From Alphaproteobacteria bacterium (GTDB taxonomy: Bacteria > Pseudomonadota > Alphaproteobacteria > CACIAM-22H2): a stretch of DNA of 64,000 nucleotides. Location of the stretch: assembly GCA_035457725.1 (NCBI GenBank), contig DATIBC010000044.1, forward strand, positions 84,067-148,066. The letters run 5' to 3'. A model generated the notes under the pieces. The model did not search any database and was not told where the DNA came from. It saw only the letters and a program-made list of their open reading frames with translations. Below, one piece after another: positions 40,584-49,791 of the stretch. Both the position numbers and the translations under genes were made by a program. Numbering within the stretch: the first letter of the stretch is position 1; the number at the start of each line of letters is the position of its first letter.

Positions 40584-41297
40584 TCAACCGGCTGGCGAGG
40601 CGATCCCGTGGATCAGCACCTCGACCAGGTTGCCGCAGAACGTGTCGATATCGAGCGTTTCTCGGGCATGCGATTCGATTGCGTTTTTCCACAATGCAAG
40701 AAACAGCATCGAGCCGGCGAGAACGCGCACCGTGTTGGCGACATCGATGGGCCGGAACTCGCCGCTGGCCACGCCGCGCGCCAGCACGCGCGACAAGAGG
40801 GCGAAGGCGCGACGAATCACCTCGTCGAGATAGAAGCGAACCAGCTCGGGAAAATTTCCCGATTCAGCGATGATGATCTTCGGGATGGCGCCGGCGCGAG
40901 TGCGGCCGAGTACGCCACCTATCGTTCCCAGTATTTCGTCGAGCAGCTTTCGGCTCGGTCCCTCGTACGCGCCGACCCGCGACTCGATGCGCGCCAGATT
41001 GGGCAGCAGCGCCTCGCGAACCACCGCTTTCAAAAGCGCTTCCTTGCCGTCGAAATAGAGATAGAGGGTTCCCTTGCTGACCCCTGCCCGCGCCGCCACA
41101 TCGTCGAGCCGCGTGGCGCTGAAGCCGCGCTCGGCGAATACGGCGAGGGCGGCGTCGAGGATCTCGCTGGGTCGGGCCGCTTTGCGGCGGCGCCAACGCT
41201 TGAGTGTGCGCGGCGTATGTCGGTCCGGTCGAGGCGCCTCGTCGCGGCGATCGATCACCGGACGCGGCTTTGTCGGCTTTTTCGTCATCGCAGTCAT
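40584..41297 (-). CDS. TetR/AcrR family transcriptional regulator
   Basis: 237 aa. TetR HTH (FAERGFSATRLDDVAARAGVSKGTLYLYF). It is the first gene of the TetR-HlyD-ABC-ABC2 operon. Confidence 0.8.
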   Translation of the reverse strand: MTAMTKKPTKPRPVIDRRDEAPRPDRHTPRTLKRWRRRKAARPSEILDAALAVFAERGFSATRLDDVAARAGVSKGTLYLYFDGKEALLKAVVREALLPNLARIESRVGAYEGPSRKLLDEILGTIGGVLGRTRAGAIPKIIIAESGNFPELVRFYLDEVIRRAFALLSRVLARGVASGEFRPIDVANTVRVLAGSMLFLALWKNAIESHARETLDIDTFCGNLVEVLIHGIASPAG

Positions 41298-41303
41298 TAT
41301 CAG

Positions 41304-41329
41304 TTAATAACTGACTGGTCAGTTATTAA
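41304..41329. promoter_or_regulatory. Perfect 12-bp inverted repeat TTAATAACTGAC-TG-GTCAGTTATTAA (candidate TetR operator)
   Basis: Read directly from the sequence. Its first base is 7 nt upstream of the TetR start codon (41297), and it lies in the divergent region shared with the MBL-fold hydrolase gene. Confidence 0.5.
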
Positions 41330-41376
41330 TAGCAGGTATTCGACTCCAGTCAAGGCCCACGCACTACCTGCCGCCT

Positions 41377-42297
41377 GTGCGTCGCCAAGTCATCGATGCC
41401 AGAATGGCACGCATGGAAGTCACGCTACTCGGCACCGGCTGCCCCCAGGTCGACACAAGGCGTTATGGGCCCGCCAACCTCGTCCGGGTCGCTGGACGCG
41501 CCTTTCTCGTCGATTGCGGGTCCGGTACGACCCAGCGCCTGCTCGGCGCGGGGGCATCGGGCGCCGGGATCGACGCAGTGTTCCTAACCCACCTGCACTC
41601 CGACCATATCGTCGATCTTTTCCAGCTGATCGTGTCGAGTTGGCATCAGGGACGCGACCGCCCTCAGCGCCTCTTCGGTCCGCCTGGAACGCGTCGTTAT
41701 GTCGACGGCCTGATGACGCTTTGGAAGCCCGAACTCGAACTTCGTATCGCCCATGAGCGCCGGCCGTCGACGCTGGCGCTCGAAGTCGAAGTGGTCGAGT
41801 ACGCGAAGGGCGAGATCTGGCGCGATGGCGGCGTCGTGGTGCGCGCGGTCGAAGTCCGTCATCAGCCGGTCCGCTATGCATATGGCTTCGTTTTCGAGGC
41901 GGACGGCCGGCGGTTGGCGTTCAGCGGCGATACCGCCTATTCGCCCGAGCTGATCGCCGCCGCGCGCGGCGTCGATGTTCTGGTGCATGAATGCTTCATC
42001 CATCGCGAGATATCGGTCCTCGCCGGCGTGCGCACCGCCGAGACCCTGGCCGCAGTCGCCAGCTATCACACGCTTTCGCACGAAGTCGGCAGGATCGCGC
42101 GCGAAGCCGAGGCTGGCTGCCTCGTGCTCAATCACTTCGTGCCGGTGCGCTTCGACCAAGAAGCGCTGCTCGCGGAAGTTCGCCGTGACTTCGCCGGGCC
42201 GATCGTCATCGGCGAGGATCTGATGCGCCTCGACCTCGTAAGCGGTGTCCTGAGCCACGCCGGCGCGATCGTCGGCCTCGCCCGATCCCCGTCCTGA
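41377..42297 (+). CDS. MBL-fold metallo-hydrolase
   Basis: HxHxDH motif (THLHSDHI) and downstream His/Asp ligands. The start could be ATG 41404 or 41413 rather than 41377. Confidence 0.75.
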   Translation: MRRQVIDARMARMEVTLLGTGCPQVDTRRYGPANLVRVAGRAFLVDCGSGTTQRLLGAGASGAGIDAVFLTHLHSDHIVDLFQLIVSSWHQGRDRPQRLFGPPGTRRYVDGLMTLWKPELELRIAHERRPSTLALEVEVVEYAKGEIWRDGGVVVRAVEVRHQPVRYAYGFVFEADGRRLAFSGDTAYSPELIAAARGVDVLVHECFIHREISVLAGVRTAETLAAVASYHTLSHEVGRIAREAEAGCLVLNHFVPVRFDQEALLAEVRRDFAGPIVIGEDLMRLDLVSGVLSHAGAIVGLARSPS

Positions 42298-42305
42298 ACG
42301 GCGCG

Positions 42306-42878
42306 TCAGCTCAACGCGGAACTGTCAGGGACGACGATCGAAAATCGATCGGCGAGCCCCGCCAAAGCGCCGCGATGAACCTGCTCGGCCCGCATCACGC
42401 CGCCGAGCGGGTCGGGCAAATCGCGCGTCGCCGTGGCGTTGGCGACGACCGTCGAGCGATAGCCGAGATCGGTCGCCGCCTTGGCGGTCGCCGCGACACA
42501 CATATGGGTCATGAAGCCGCCAAGAATCACCTGCGGCCGGCCGATTTGCTTCAGCACCGCGTCGAGATCGGTCTTGGCGAACGAATTAGGCAGCGACTTG
42601 GCAATGACCTTTTCGCCTTCGCGCGGCGCGAGGTCGTCGACGATCCGCGACATTGGTCCGTCGGGATTGAACAACGCGCCCCCCGGCCGCCCATGATGAA
42701 CGATGTGCACCACCGGTACGCCGCGGCGGCGCGCCAATGCCAGTAGCCGCGCCGCCTCATCGATCGCCGCGCGCACCCCTGGGAGTTTCAGTCCTCCATC
42801 GACATATTCGCGCTGGCAGTCGATCAAGATCAGCGTTGATTGATCAAGCGGCGACGGTGTCTGCGGCGCTCCGGCCAT
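42306..42878 (-). CDS. Isochorismatase-family cysteine hydrolase
   Basis: Internal ATG at 42878 (MAGAPQTPSPLDQSTLILIDCQ). 190 aa with the catalytic Cys in the THMCV motif. The N-terminal ORF extension was rejected. Confidence 0.75.
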   Translation of the reverse strand: MAGAPQTPSPLDQSTLILIDCQREYVDGGLKLPGVRAAIDEAARLLALARRRGVPVVHIVHHGRPGGALFNPDGPMSRIVDDLAPREGEKVIAKSLPNSFAKTDLDAVLKQIGRPQVILGGFMTHMCVAATAKAATDLGYRSTVVANATATRDLPDPLGGVMRAEQVHRGALAGLADRFSIVVPDSSALS

Positions 42879-43062
42879 TTCGAGCAGGGTCTTGGCGTCG
42901 GCGTTGGTCACGGCTGTACTCCGGATGGGTTGATTGCAGGCCTGCGATGAAACAAGGGCGACGGCCTCTTGGCAAGCGTCGCGCTCTCCATAATGTTGTC
43001 TACGCCTACCGTGCGGCGCTCGACCCGCCAGGCGGACTTCACTCCGACGCGAAGGACCCGAA

Positions 43063-44838
43063 ATGACCGTCGACCAGGCGCTCGCGATATCGCTTGTCAT
43101 CGGTGCGCTTGGCCTCTTCGCCTGGGGTCGATGGCGCTACGATCTTGTAGCCCTGATCGCCCTTGCCGCGGGACTGGCGATGGGCGTCGTTCCAGCCGAC
43201 CAGGCGTTCGCCGGTTTCGGGCACCCCGCGGTGATCACGGTCGTCGCGGTGCTGATTGTCAGCCGCGCCTTGACGCTGTCGGGGGCAGTCGACGGGCTGG
43301 CCAAGGCGACCCTCCCGACCGCTGGCCCGGTATGGCTGCAGGTCGGCGCGCTGTCGATCGCAGTCGCAATGATGTCCGCCTTCATGAACAACGTCGGCGC
43401 CCTCGCCCTGATCATGCCGGCGGCGATCGCCGCGGCGAAGAAGTCGGAGCGATCGCCCTCGCTGATCTTGATGCCGATCGCGTTCGCCTCGATGCTTGGC
43501 GGCATGATCACACTGATCGGCACGCCGCCTAACCTGCTGGTCGCCGCCTATCGAGCCGAGGCGGTCGGCCGGCCCTTTGCGATGTTCGACTTCGCCCCGG
43601 TCGGCGGCGTCGTCGCGATTGTCGGCATCGTCTTCGTCGCGCTCGTCGGTTGGCGTCTTATACCGCGGGGAGCGCGCGCCGATCCCAAGGATCGCTTCGA
43701 TATCGCCGGCTATGTCATGGAGGCGCGGCTGCCCGACGACAGCGCGCATGCCGGCAAGTCGGTCGGCGAAATCGACGCGCTGCTGGAAAAAGACGACGTC
43801 GACGCGCTGGGGATCGTGCGCGCGAAGCACGAGATTCCTTGGAGCGCCACCTGGGAGCGCGTCGCGGGTGGTGACGTGTTGATCCTCGAAGGCACTCCCG
43901 ACGCCCTCAAAGTCGCGATCGACGGTTTGAAGCTCGAGCTGCCGGCCGATGACGCGCCGCCCGCGCCGCACCTCGAATCCGAGGAGATGTCGATTGTCGA
44001 GGCGGTGGTCATGCCGCGGGCACTGATCGACGGTCTGACCGCCGAGGAGATCCGGCTGCGGTCCCGCTATGACATCAGCCTGCTTGCGGTCGCGCGCGCC
44101 GGGTCTCGGCACCGCGGCCGCCTGAAGTCGTTTCGCTTTACCGCAGGTGACGTGCTACTGCTCCGCGGGCCAACGCGGCAGGTCAATTCGGCGATGTCGA
44201 TGCTGGGCCTGCTGCCGCTGGCTAGCCGCGGCGTCGGCCTCGGCCGCCCAGGGCGGGCGCTTGCCGCGGTTGCGATCACGCTGACCGCGCTGGTCGCTTC
44301 GGCGCTCTCATTGGCGCCCACCGCGGTCTGCTTTCTCGGCGCCGTTATCGTCCTGATCTTGTCGCGGTGCATTCGCCTCGGGGAGAGCTACGACGCGATC
44401 GATTGGCCGATCGTCGTGCTGCTCGGGGCGATGCTCCCCGTAGGCGGGGCGCTCGAGAGCACGGGTGCGACGAAATTTCTCGCCGACCTGTTCCTGTCCG
44501 CGGGCGACCGGATTTCGCCGATCTTGATGCTGGCGCTCGTCTTGATATTGACGATGACCATTTCGGATATCGTCAACAACGCGGCGACCGCGGTCATGAT
44601 GGCGCCGCTTGCGGTCGGGATCGCCCGCGGCCTTGAGGTCAATCCCGACGGATTCTTAATGGCCGTGGCGATCGGCGCATCGTGCGCCTTCCTCACGCCC
44701 ATCGGCCATCAGAACAACACCTTGGTCATGGGACCTGGAGGCTACCGCTTCGGCGATTATTGGCCGATGGGCTTGCCCCTCGAGATCATCGTGGTCGCCA
44801 CCGCGCTGCCGGCGATCCTCGTCATCTGGCCGTTGTGA
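43063..44838 (+). CDS. SLC13/DASS-family permease with two central TrkA-C (RCK_C) domains
   Basis: 591 aa. N- and C-terminal CitMHS/DASS transmembrane repeats flank a cytoplasmic TrkA-C pair. Confidence 0.8.
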   Translation: MTVDQALAISLVIGALGLFAWGRWRYDLVALIALAAGLAMGVVPADQAFAGFGHPAVITVVAVLIVSRALTLSGAVDGLAKATLPTAGPVWLQVGALSIAVAMMSAFMNNVGALALIMPAAIAAAKKSERSPSLILMPIAFASMLGGMITLIGTPPNLLVAAYRAEAVGRPFAMFDFAPVGGVVAIVGIVFVALVGWRLIPRGARADPKDRFDIAGYVMEARLPDDSAHAGKSVGEIDALLEKDDVDALGIVRAKHEIPWSATWERVAGGDVLILEGTPDALKVAIDGLKLELPADDAPPAPHLESEEMSIVEAVVMPRALIDGLTAEEIRLRSRYDISLLAVARAGSRHRGRLKSFRFTAGDVLLLRGPTRQVNSAMSMLGLLPLASRGVGLGRPGRALAAVAITLTALVASALSLAPTAVCFLGAVIVLILSRCIRLGESYDAIDWPIVVLLGAMLPVGGALESTGATKFLADLFLSAGDRISPILMLALVLILTMTISDIVNNAATAVMMAPLAVGIARGLEVNPDGFLMAVAIGASCAFLTPIGHQNNTLVMGPGGYRFGDYWPMGLPLEIIVVATALPAILVIWPL

Positions 44839-45036
44839 CGGCGCTATCCGGTGCTGCTGCCTCGGATTCGGCCGGTAAGCCATCATCCAAAAGCACGACT
44901 TGCCCTGCGGCTCGTTCCGAAATATTGTCAAAAAAAAGTCTAAAAGGCGTTCTTGCCGACGATTGACGCATAAGCTCAAACTTATGGTTAATTTTCGGCT
45001 GGGGCGCGAGCGATAAGAACAAGTCGGGGAGCGCCC

Positions 45037-45393
45037 ATGACCGATGTGATCTACGTGATCGCAGTGGCGATCACGTTGGCGATTGGTCTTCATTTGAGCG
45101 TCGTTAGCGGCTACGCGGCGAGCGCGGCTGCCGATCGCGACAAGCGCCACGGACGCCATGACGAAACGTTGGCGCTCGTGTCGCGCAGCCTGGGTATCGC
45201 ATCAGGGATCGCCGGCGTCGCCTTCGGCATCCGGGTTTTAACGTTGCTCGGCATCGCGTTGGTCGCGCTGTACGCGGTCATGACGGCCCGGCGCTTGGCG
45301 ATGATACCGGTTCAATTGGAGCTGCCGCTGATCGTGTTGTCGTTCATGGCGACGATTCCGATCGTGCTTTTGCGCAAATTCGGCGGAATTTAA
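45037..45393 (+). CDS. Hypothetical small membrane protein
   Basis: 118 aa with 3 predicted TM helices. It is preceded by an AT-rich promoter-like region. Confidence 0.4.
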   Translation: MTDVIYVIAVAITLAIGLHLSVVSGYAASAAADRDKRHGRHDETLALVSRSLGIASGIAGVAFGIRVLTLLGIALVALYAVMTARRLAMIPVQLELPLIVLSFMATIPIVLLRKFGGI

Positions 45394-45430
45394 AGACCGG
45401 GGTGGCGAATAACTGCAGGGGGGGACAGCA

Positions 45431-45658
45431 GTGACGACCATTGATACCGATGCGAGGGCGCCGATCGACGCCCTTATGCGCACGGGTGAGCTCTCGACGC
45501 ACGCAGGCTGGGCATTACGCAAGGCGGGGTTTCGTCAACTGACCGACGTATGCCTGCTGTCGCGCGACGATCTGCTATGCGTCCAGCGGCTCGGGAGCAA
45601 GGGCCTGCGCGAGGTGGAGCGAGCGCTGGCGACGCGCGGTTTGACGCTCTCGAGATAG
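45431..45658 (+). CDS. Stand-alone RNA polymerase alpha-subunit C-terminal-domain-like protein (HhH)
   Basis: 75 aa. ELSTHAGWALRKAGFRQLTDVCLLSRDDLLCVQRLGSKGLREVERALATRGLTL aligns along its length with RpoA alphaCTD ([55 protein letters not shown]). Confidence 0.5.
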   Translation: MTTIDTDARAPIDALMRTGELSTHAGWALRKAGFRQLTDVCLLSRDDLLCVQRLGSKGLREVERALATRGLTLSR

Positions 45659-45710
45659 GCGGCGATCGACGGATCGCCCGCAGGGCGGCTGAACACTCGG
45701 CCCAGAAGGT

Positions 45711-46124
45711 CTACTCGCGCGCCTTGGCGATGAGGTACGCCGCGACGTCGCCCGCCTTCGGCTTGATCGCCGCGGGGTCGCCGCCGTCGAGGGTCGCGCG
45801 CACGAGTAGCTGCGTGGCGACGTTGGCGATATTGGCCTTGAAGATGCCGCGCGCCCCCTTGAGCTTCGGATAATAGGTCGGATCGACGGTCTTCTCGCGC
45901 GCGGCAAGCCGCGCCAATACCGCAGCTTCATCGGCCTCGTCGATCGGCTCCTTGCGCAGCAGCTTCCAATCGCTCACTCCGGCGAACGCTGATTCGTTGA
46001 GCGAGGCGACCGTCGCAGCGGGGTCGCCATCGACCACGCCGACCTTGTAGGTATGCTTGGTGTGGCCGACGTCGGCGCTCCATTTCTGGAACGCCTGGCT
46101 GCGGGCGACATAGATGGTCGGCAC
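45711..46124 (-). CDS. Hypothetical protein (start uncertain)
   Basis: The ORF extends to 46292 but its first 27 codons overlap tRNA-Ser. The first plausible downstream start is GTG at 46124 (a CTG at 46163 is also possible). Codon bias is coding-like. No recognisable domain. Confidence 0.35.
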   Translation of the reverse strand: MPTIYVARSQAFQKWSADVGHTKHTYKVGVVDGDPAATVASLNESAFAGVSDWKLLRKEPIDEADEAAVLARLAAREKTVDPTYYPKLKGARGIFKANIANVATQLLVRATLDGGDPAAIKPKAGDVAAYLIAKARE

Positions 46125-46212
46125 GCCATGCTCCCTGTCGAACGTTCGCCTGGCCTCATGCAGGCCGTCCGCCGTCGCGTCGCCGTAGCCCCGCGAGCGA
46201 AGCGTCTCAGAC

Positions 46213-46306
46213 TGGCGGAGGGGATGGGATTCGAACCCACGATACGGCTTTAGGGCCGTATAACGGTTTAGCAAACCGCCGCCTTCAGCCACTCGGCCAC
46301 CCCTCC
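46213..46306 (-). tRNA. tRNA-Ser (anticodon GCT), class II with long variable arm, CCA encoded
   Basis: Folded by hand. Acceptor GGAGGGG/CCCCTCC, 3-bp D-stem GCC/GGC, anticodon stem GCGGT/ACCGT with loop TTGCTAA, variable arm stem ACGGC/GCCGT, T-arm GTGGG-TTCGAAT-CCCAT, discriminator G, then CCA. Confidence 0.85.
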
Positions 46307-46587
46307 GCCGGGAGTGGTGTCGTCACGGCGTATGCCGGGGCGGTTCTAGTGTCGCTTGGCCCGTCAGTCAAACGATTTGCATGATGCGAGCGAGGTAGAA
46401 CTTCCACTGCACTGGCTGGAAATTTCGGCACGACGAAAGGTTCGAAGGTTATCGGGTTGTTTACCATCCTGGATCGGCTCGAAATAGCGCATTTCGTTTC
46501 GTAAAATTTTACGCGCGATTAATGATTGATGTCCGAAGATGCCATGGTCGGTTAAGCCCGACGACGTTGCTGGGGAGAGAACGGACC

Positions 46588-46800
46588 ATGGCGCTCAATC
46601 GTCGCAGCATCGAGATGCTGCTCGACCTCGTCGACAACAAGCTCACATCGATGCAAGTGATCGACCGCGAAGACGCGCGCGAAATGGCGATGCTCGAAGC
46701 GGCCAAGCGCGAACTCGAAGCGCTCGCCGGCGTCAAGCGCCCGACATCGGTGGTGTCGATCGAAACCGGCCGCCGCCCGGCGCAGCGCATGGCGGTCTAA
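46588..46800 (+). CDS. Hypothetical small protein
   Basis: Internal ATG at 46588 (MALNRRSIEMLLDLVDNKL...). 70 aa, predicted helical. No recognisable domain. Confidence 0.3.
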   Translation: MALNRRSIEMLLDLVDNKLTSMQVIDREDAREMAMLEAAKRELEALAGVKRPTSVVSIETGRRPAQRMAV

Positions 46801-46828
46801 CGCCCGCCAGCCTTGGCGCCGGGGCGTT

Positions 46829-47449
46829 TTATTTCGGGACCGCCATTCCGCGCGGCACCGCTGGCCGCGCACCGATCTCGTCGAACCAACGCTTGACGTT
46901 GGCGAATTCGGCGAGGTTCACGCGATGCCATTCATGGCGCGCCACCCAAGGATAGGTGGCGATATCGGCGATCGTGTACTCATCCCCGGCCAGATAGCGA
47001 ACCTCCGACAAACGGCGATCCATCACCCCATAAAGCCGCGCCGCCTCCTTGCCGTAGCGTTCGATGCCATAGGGAACCTGCTCTTTGGCGTTGCGCATGA
47101 AATGATGCGCCTGGCCGAACATCGGCCCCACGCCGCCCATCTGGAACATCAGCCACTGCATGACGATGTAGCGCCGCGGCGCGTCGGCGGGAAAGAATTT
47201 CCCGGTTTTCTCGGCGAGGTAAAACAGGATCGCCCCCGACTCGAATAGCCTCAGCGGCGCGCCGCCGGGCCCGTCGGGATCGACGATCGCCGGAATCTTG
47301 CTGTTCGGGTTGATGGCGATGAAATGGGGCGTGTATTGGTCGCCCTTGCCGATGTCGATCTTATGAGCCGTGTAGGGCAGCCCCAACTCTTCCAGCATGA
47401 TCGAGACCTTGCGGCCGTTCGGTGTCGTCCAGGTATACAGATCGATCAT
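46829..47449 (-). CDS. Glutathione S-transferase (YfcG/YghU-like)
   Basis: 206 aa with an N-terminal thioredoxin-like GST domain (IDLYTWTTPNGRKV) and a C-terminal helical domain. Confidence 0.8.
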   Translation of the reverse strand: MIDLYTWTTPNGRKVSIMLEELGLPYTAHKIDIGKGDQYTPHFIAINPNSKIPAIVDPDGPGGAPLRLFESGAILFYLAEKTGKFFPADAPRRYIVMQWLMFQMGGVGPMFGQAHHFMRNAKEQVPYGIERYGKEAARLYGVMDRRLSEVRYLAGDEYTIADIATYPWVARHEWHRVNLAEFANVKRWFDEIGARPAVPRGMAVPK

Positions 47450-47493
47450 TGATTAGCCCGCTTCGCATGTGAGTTTCGACCGCCGCGCTAAGG

Positions 47494-48288
47494 TCACGTC
47501 GCGACGCGATCTTCCTTGGGCATGATGGCGTAGGGATGCGCCGCGCCAGGCAGTTTCAGCATCCGTTCGGCCCAGTCGCGCACGTTGGGATAGCGCGCCA
47601 CGTCGAACCCTCCCTCCTCGGCCGTTGCCACCCACGGAAAGATGGCGACATCGGCGATGGTCGGCTGCGGGCCGGCGACGAACTTGCTTGCGCCGAGCTG
47701 GCGATCGAGCGTCGCCAGCGCCTGCTCGCCGCGGGCGCGGAAGAACTCCATCACCGGCGGCTCCTGCCGCCAGAATCGTTTCGCCGCCCGAGCGAACCCG
47801 AGACCGCTTGCCATGCGATCGAGGTCCCATGCCAGCCATTCGGCGACGCGCTGCCGTTCGGCCGGCGTCCGGCCGGCGAACCGGCCGAACTTGTCGGCGA
47901 GATATTGCAGGATCACGTTCGACTGGCAGAGGAAGGTCGACCCGTCCTGCAGCACTGGCACCTGCCCAAAGCGGTTCTTGGCGAGAAATTCCGGCCGCTT
48001 GTTCTCGCCGGCCATGAGATCGACGTGCTTGTAATCGAAATTCGCGCCGCAAAGCGACAGCATCAGGCCGACCTTGCACGAGGGCAGCGAAAAGTGCAGC
48101 CCATACAGCACGAGGCGATCCGCTGGCCGGGCCGTGGCCTTGCGCGCCCGGATGGCGCGCTTCAATCGTGCGCCCCTGGCGGCGCGCACGGCCGACCGTT
48201 GGGCCGCGCGTTTGATCTTCGCCGACGCTCGAATGGTCTTGGATACCTTGCGGCGCGCCGATTTCTTGACCGTCTTCCTGCGTGCCAT
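47494..48288 (-). CDS. Glutathione S-transferase with ~58-aa Lys/Arg-rich N-terminal extension
   Basis: The GST core starts at LVLYGLHFSLPSCKVGLMLSL. Upstream, in the same frame with no stop, lies MARRKTVKKSARRKVSKTIRASAKIKRAAQRSAVRAARGARLKRAIRARKATARPADR. Its high third-position GC is consistent with coding. Confidence 0.65.
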   Translation of the reverse strand: MARRKTVKKSARRKVSKTIRASAKIKRAAQRSAVRAARGARLKRAIRARKATARPADRLVLYGLHFSLPSCKVGLMLSLCGANFDYKHVDLMAGENKRPEFLAKNRFGQVPVLQDGSTFLCQSNVILQYLADKFGRFAGRTPAERQRVAEWLAWDLDRMASGLGFARAAKRFWRQEPPVMEFFRARGEQALATLDRQLGASKFVAGPQPTIADVAIFPWVATAEEGGFDVARYPNVRDWAERMLKLPGAAHPYAIMPKEDRVAT

Positions 48289-48337
48289 CGTCTACTCCTT
48301 GGTCGGCGAAGGGCGCCCTTGCCGGTGCGCCTCGCTC

Positions 48338-49789
48338 CTATCCGGCGAGCTTCTTCCTGAGGATATCGTTGACCGCGGAGGGATTCGCCTTGCCGCCGGT
48401 CGCCTTCATGACTTGGCCCACGAACCATCCGAACAGCGCCTGTTTGCCGCCGCGATAGTCCGTCACTTTCGCCGCATTGTCAGCGATGACCTTGTCGACC
48501 GCCGTTTCAATCGCCGCGACGTCGGTCACCTGCCGCAAGCCCTTTTCCTCGACGATCGATGCGGCGTCGCTCCCCGTCTCGACCATCAGCGCAAAAACAT
48601 CCTTGGCGATACGGCCGGAAATCGTGCCGTTGTCGATGAGATCGAGCAGTCCGGCGAGCGCCGTGGCCGTTACCGGACTGGCGTCGATAGTCCGATTTTG
48701 GCGGTTCAACGCGGCGAACAACTCGCCAATCACCCAATTCGCGGCCTGCTTGGGGTCCTTGCGGCCGCGAGCGACGGTCTCGAAGAACTCCGCCGACGCG
48801 CGCTCGGCCACCAACACGCCGGCATCGGCATTCGAGAGCTTGTACTCGCGCATGAACCGGTCTTTCTTGGCGTCGGGCAACTCGGGCATCCGGCGAGCGA
48901 TGGCATCGATCATTTCCCGATCGAGGACGAGCGGCAACAAGTCTGGGTCGGGAAAATAGCGGTAATCGTGCGCGTGCTCCTTCGAACGCATCGAGCGCGT
49001 CACGCCGCGAGCCGAATCGAACAGGCGCGTCTCCTGCTCGACCGTCCCGCCGTCCTCGATCAGCGTCACCTGTCGGCGCGCCTCGTACTCGACCGCCTGC
49101 ATGACGAAACGGACCGAATTGACATTCTTGATCTCGCAGCGCGTTCCGTAAGGCGCTCCCGGCCGGCGCACCGACACATTGGCGTCGCAGCGCATCGAAC
49201 CTTCTTCCATGTTGCCGTCGCAGGTATCGAGATAGCGCAGGATCGCGCGCAGCTTGCGCAAATACGCGCCGACTTCTTCGGGTGAACGAAGATCGGGTTC
49301 CGACACGATCTCCATCAGCGCGACGCCGGAGCGATTGAGATCGACATACGTCTTGGTCGGATGCTGGTCGTGCAGCGATTTGCCGGCGTCTTGCTCCAGG
49401 TGGAGCCGCGTGATGCCGACCGTGCGCGTCGTCCCGTCGGCGAGATCGAGTGACACCGTCCCGCCCGAGACGATCGGCCGCGTGTACTGCGAAATCTGGT
49501 ATCCCGCCGGCAAGTCGGCGTAGAAATAGTTCTTGCGGTCGAAGATCGAGACCTCATTGATCGTGCCGCCGAGGCCGAGGCCGGTCTTGATCGCCTGCTC
49601 GACGCAATGCCGATTGATCACCGGCAGCATTCCGGGAAACGCCGCGTCGACGAAGCTCACTTGCGTGTTCGGTTCGGCGCCGAAAACGGTCGCCGCGCCG
49701 GAAAAAAGCTTGGCTTTCGAGACGATCTGGGCGTGCACCTCGAGCCCGATCACCATCTCCCAATCGCCGGTCTCGCCCGCGATCAGCAC
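48338..49789 (-). CDS. gatB: Asp-tRNA(Asn)/Glu-tRNA(Gln) amidotransferase subunit B
   Basis: GatB N-terminus [12 protein letters not shown] plus the GatB/YqeY C-terminal domain. The start is set at GTG 49789, 3 nt after the gatA stop (ATG 49756 is an alternative). The upstream ORF extension overlaps gatA and was rejected. Confidence 0.85.
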   Translation of the reverse strand: MLIAGETGDWEMVIGLEVHAQIVSKAKLFSGAATVFGAEPNTQVSFVDAAFPGMLPVINRHCVEQAIKTGLGLGGTINEVSIFDRKNYFYADLPAGYQISQYTRPIVSGGTVSLDLADGTTRTVGITRLHLEQDAGKSLHDQHPTKTYVDLNRSGVALMEIVSEPDLRSPEEVGAYLRKLRAILRYLDTCDGNMEEGSMRCDANVSVRRPGAPYGTRCEIKNVNSVRFVMQAVEYEARRQVTLIEDGGTVEQETRLFDSARGVTRSMRSKEHAHDYRYFPDPDLLPLVLDREMIDAIARRMPELPDAKKDRFMREYKLSNADAGVLVAERASAEFFETVARGRKDPKQAANWVIGELFAALNRQNRTIDASPVTATALAGLLDLIDNGTISGRIAKDVFALMVETGSDAASIVEEKGLRQVTDVAAIETAVDKVIADNAAKVTDYRGGKQALFGWFVGQVMKATGGKANPSAVNDILRKKLAG

Positions 49790-49791
49790 CG

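Noticed and set aside
46213-46292. N-terminal 27 codons (MAEGGGLLNRYTALKPYRGFESHPLRQ) of ORF 45711..46292
   Set aside because: They are encoded by the tRNA-Ser gene itself (same strand). The protein start must lie downstream of the tRNA.
44839-46587. Prophage or integrative element at tRNA-Ser
   Set aside because: No integrase, excisionase or phage structural genes are in the window, and I could not find a direct repeat of the tRNA 3' end. It is reported only as a possible remnant islet.
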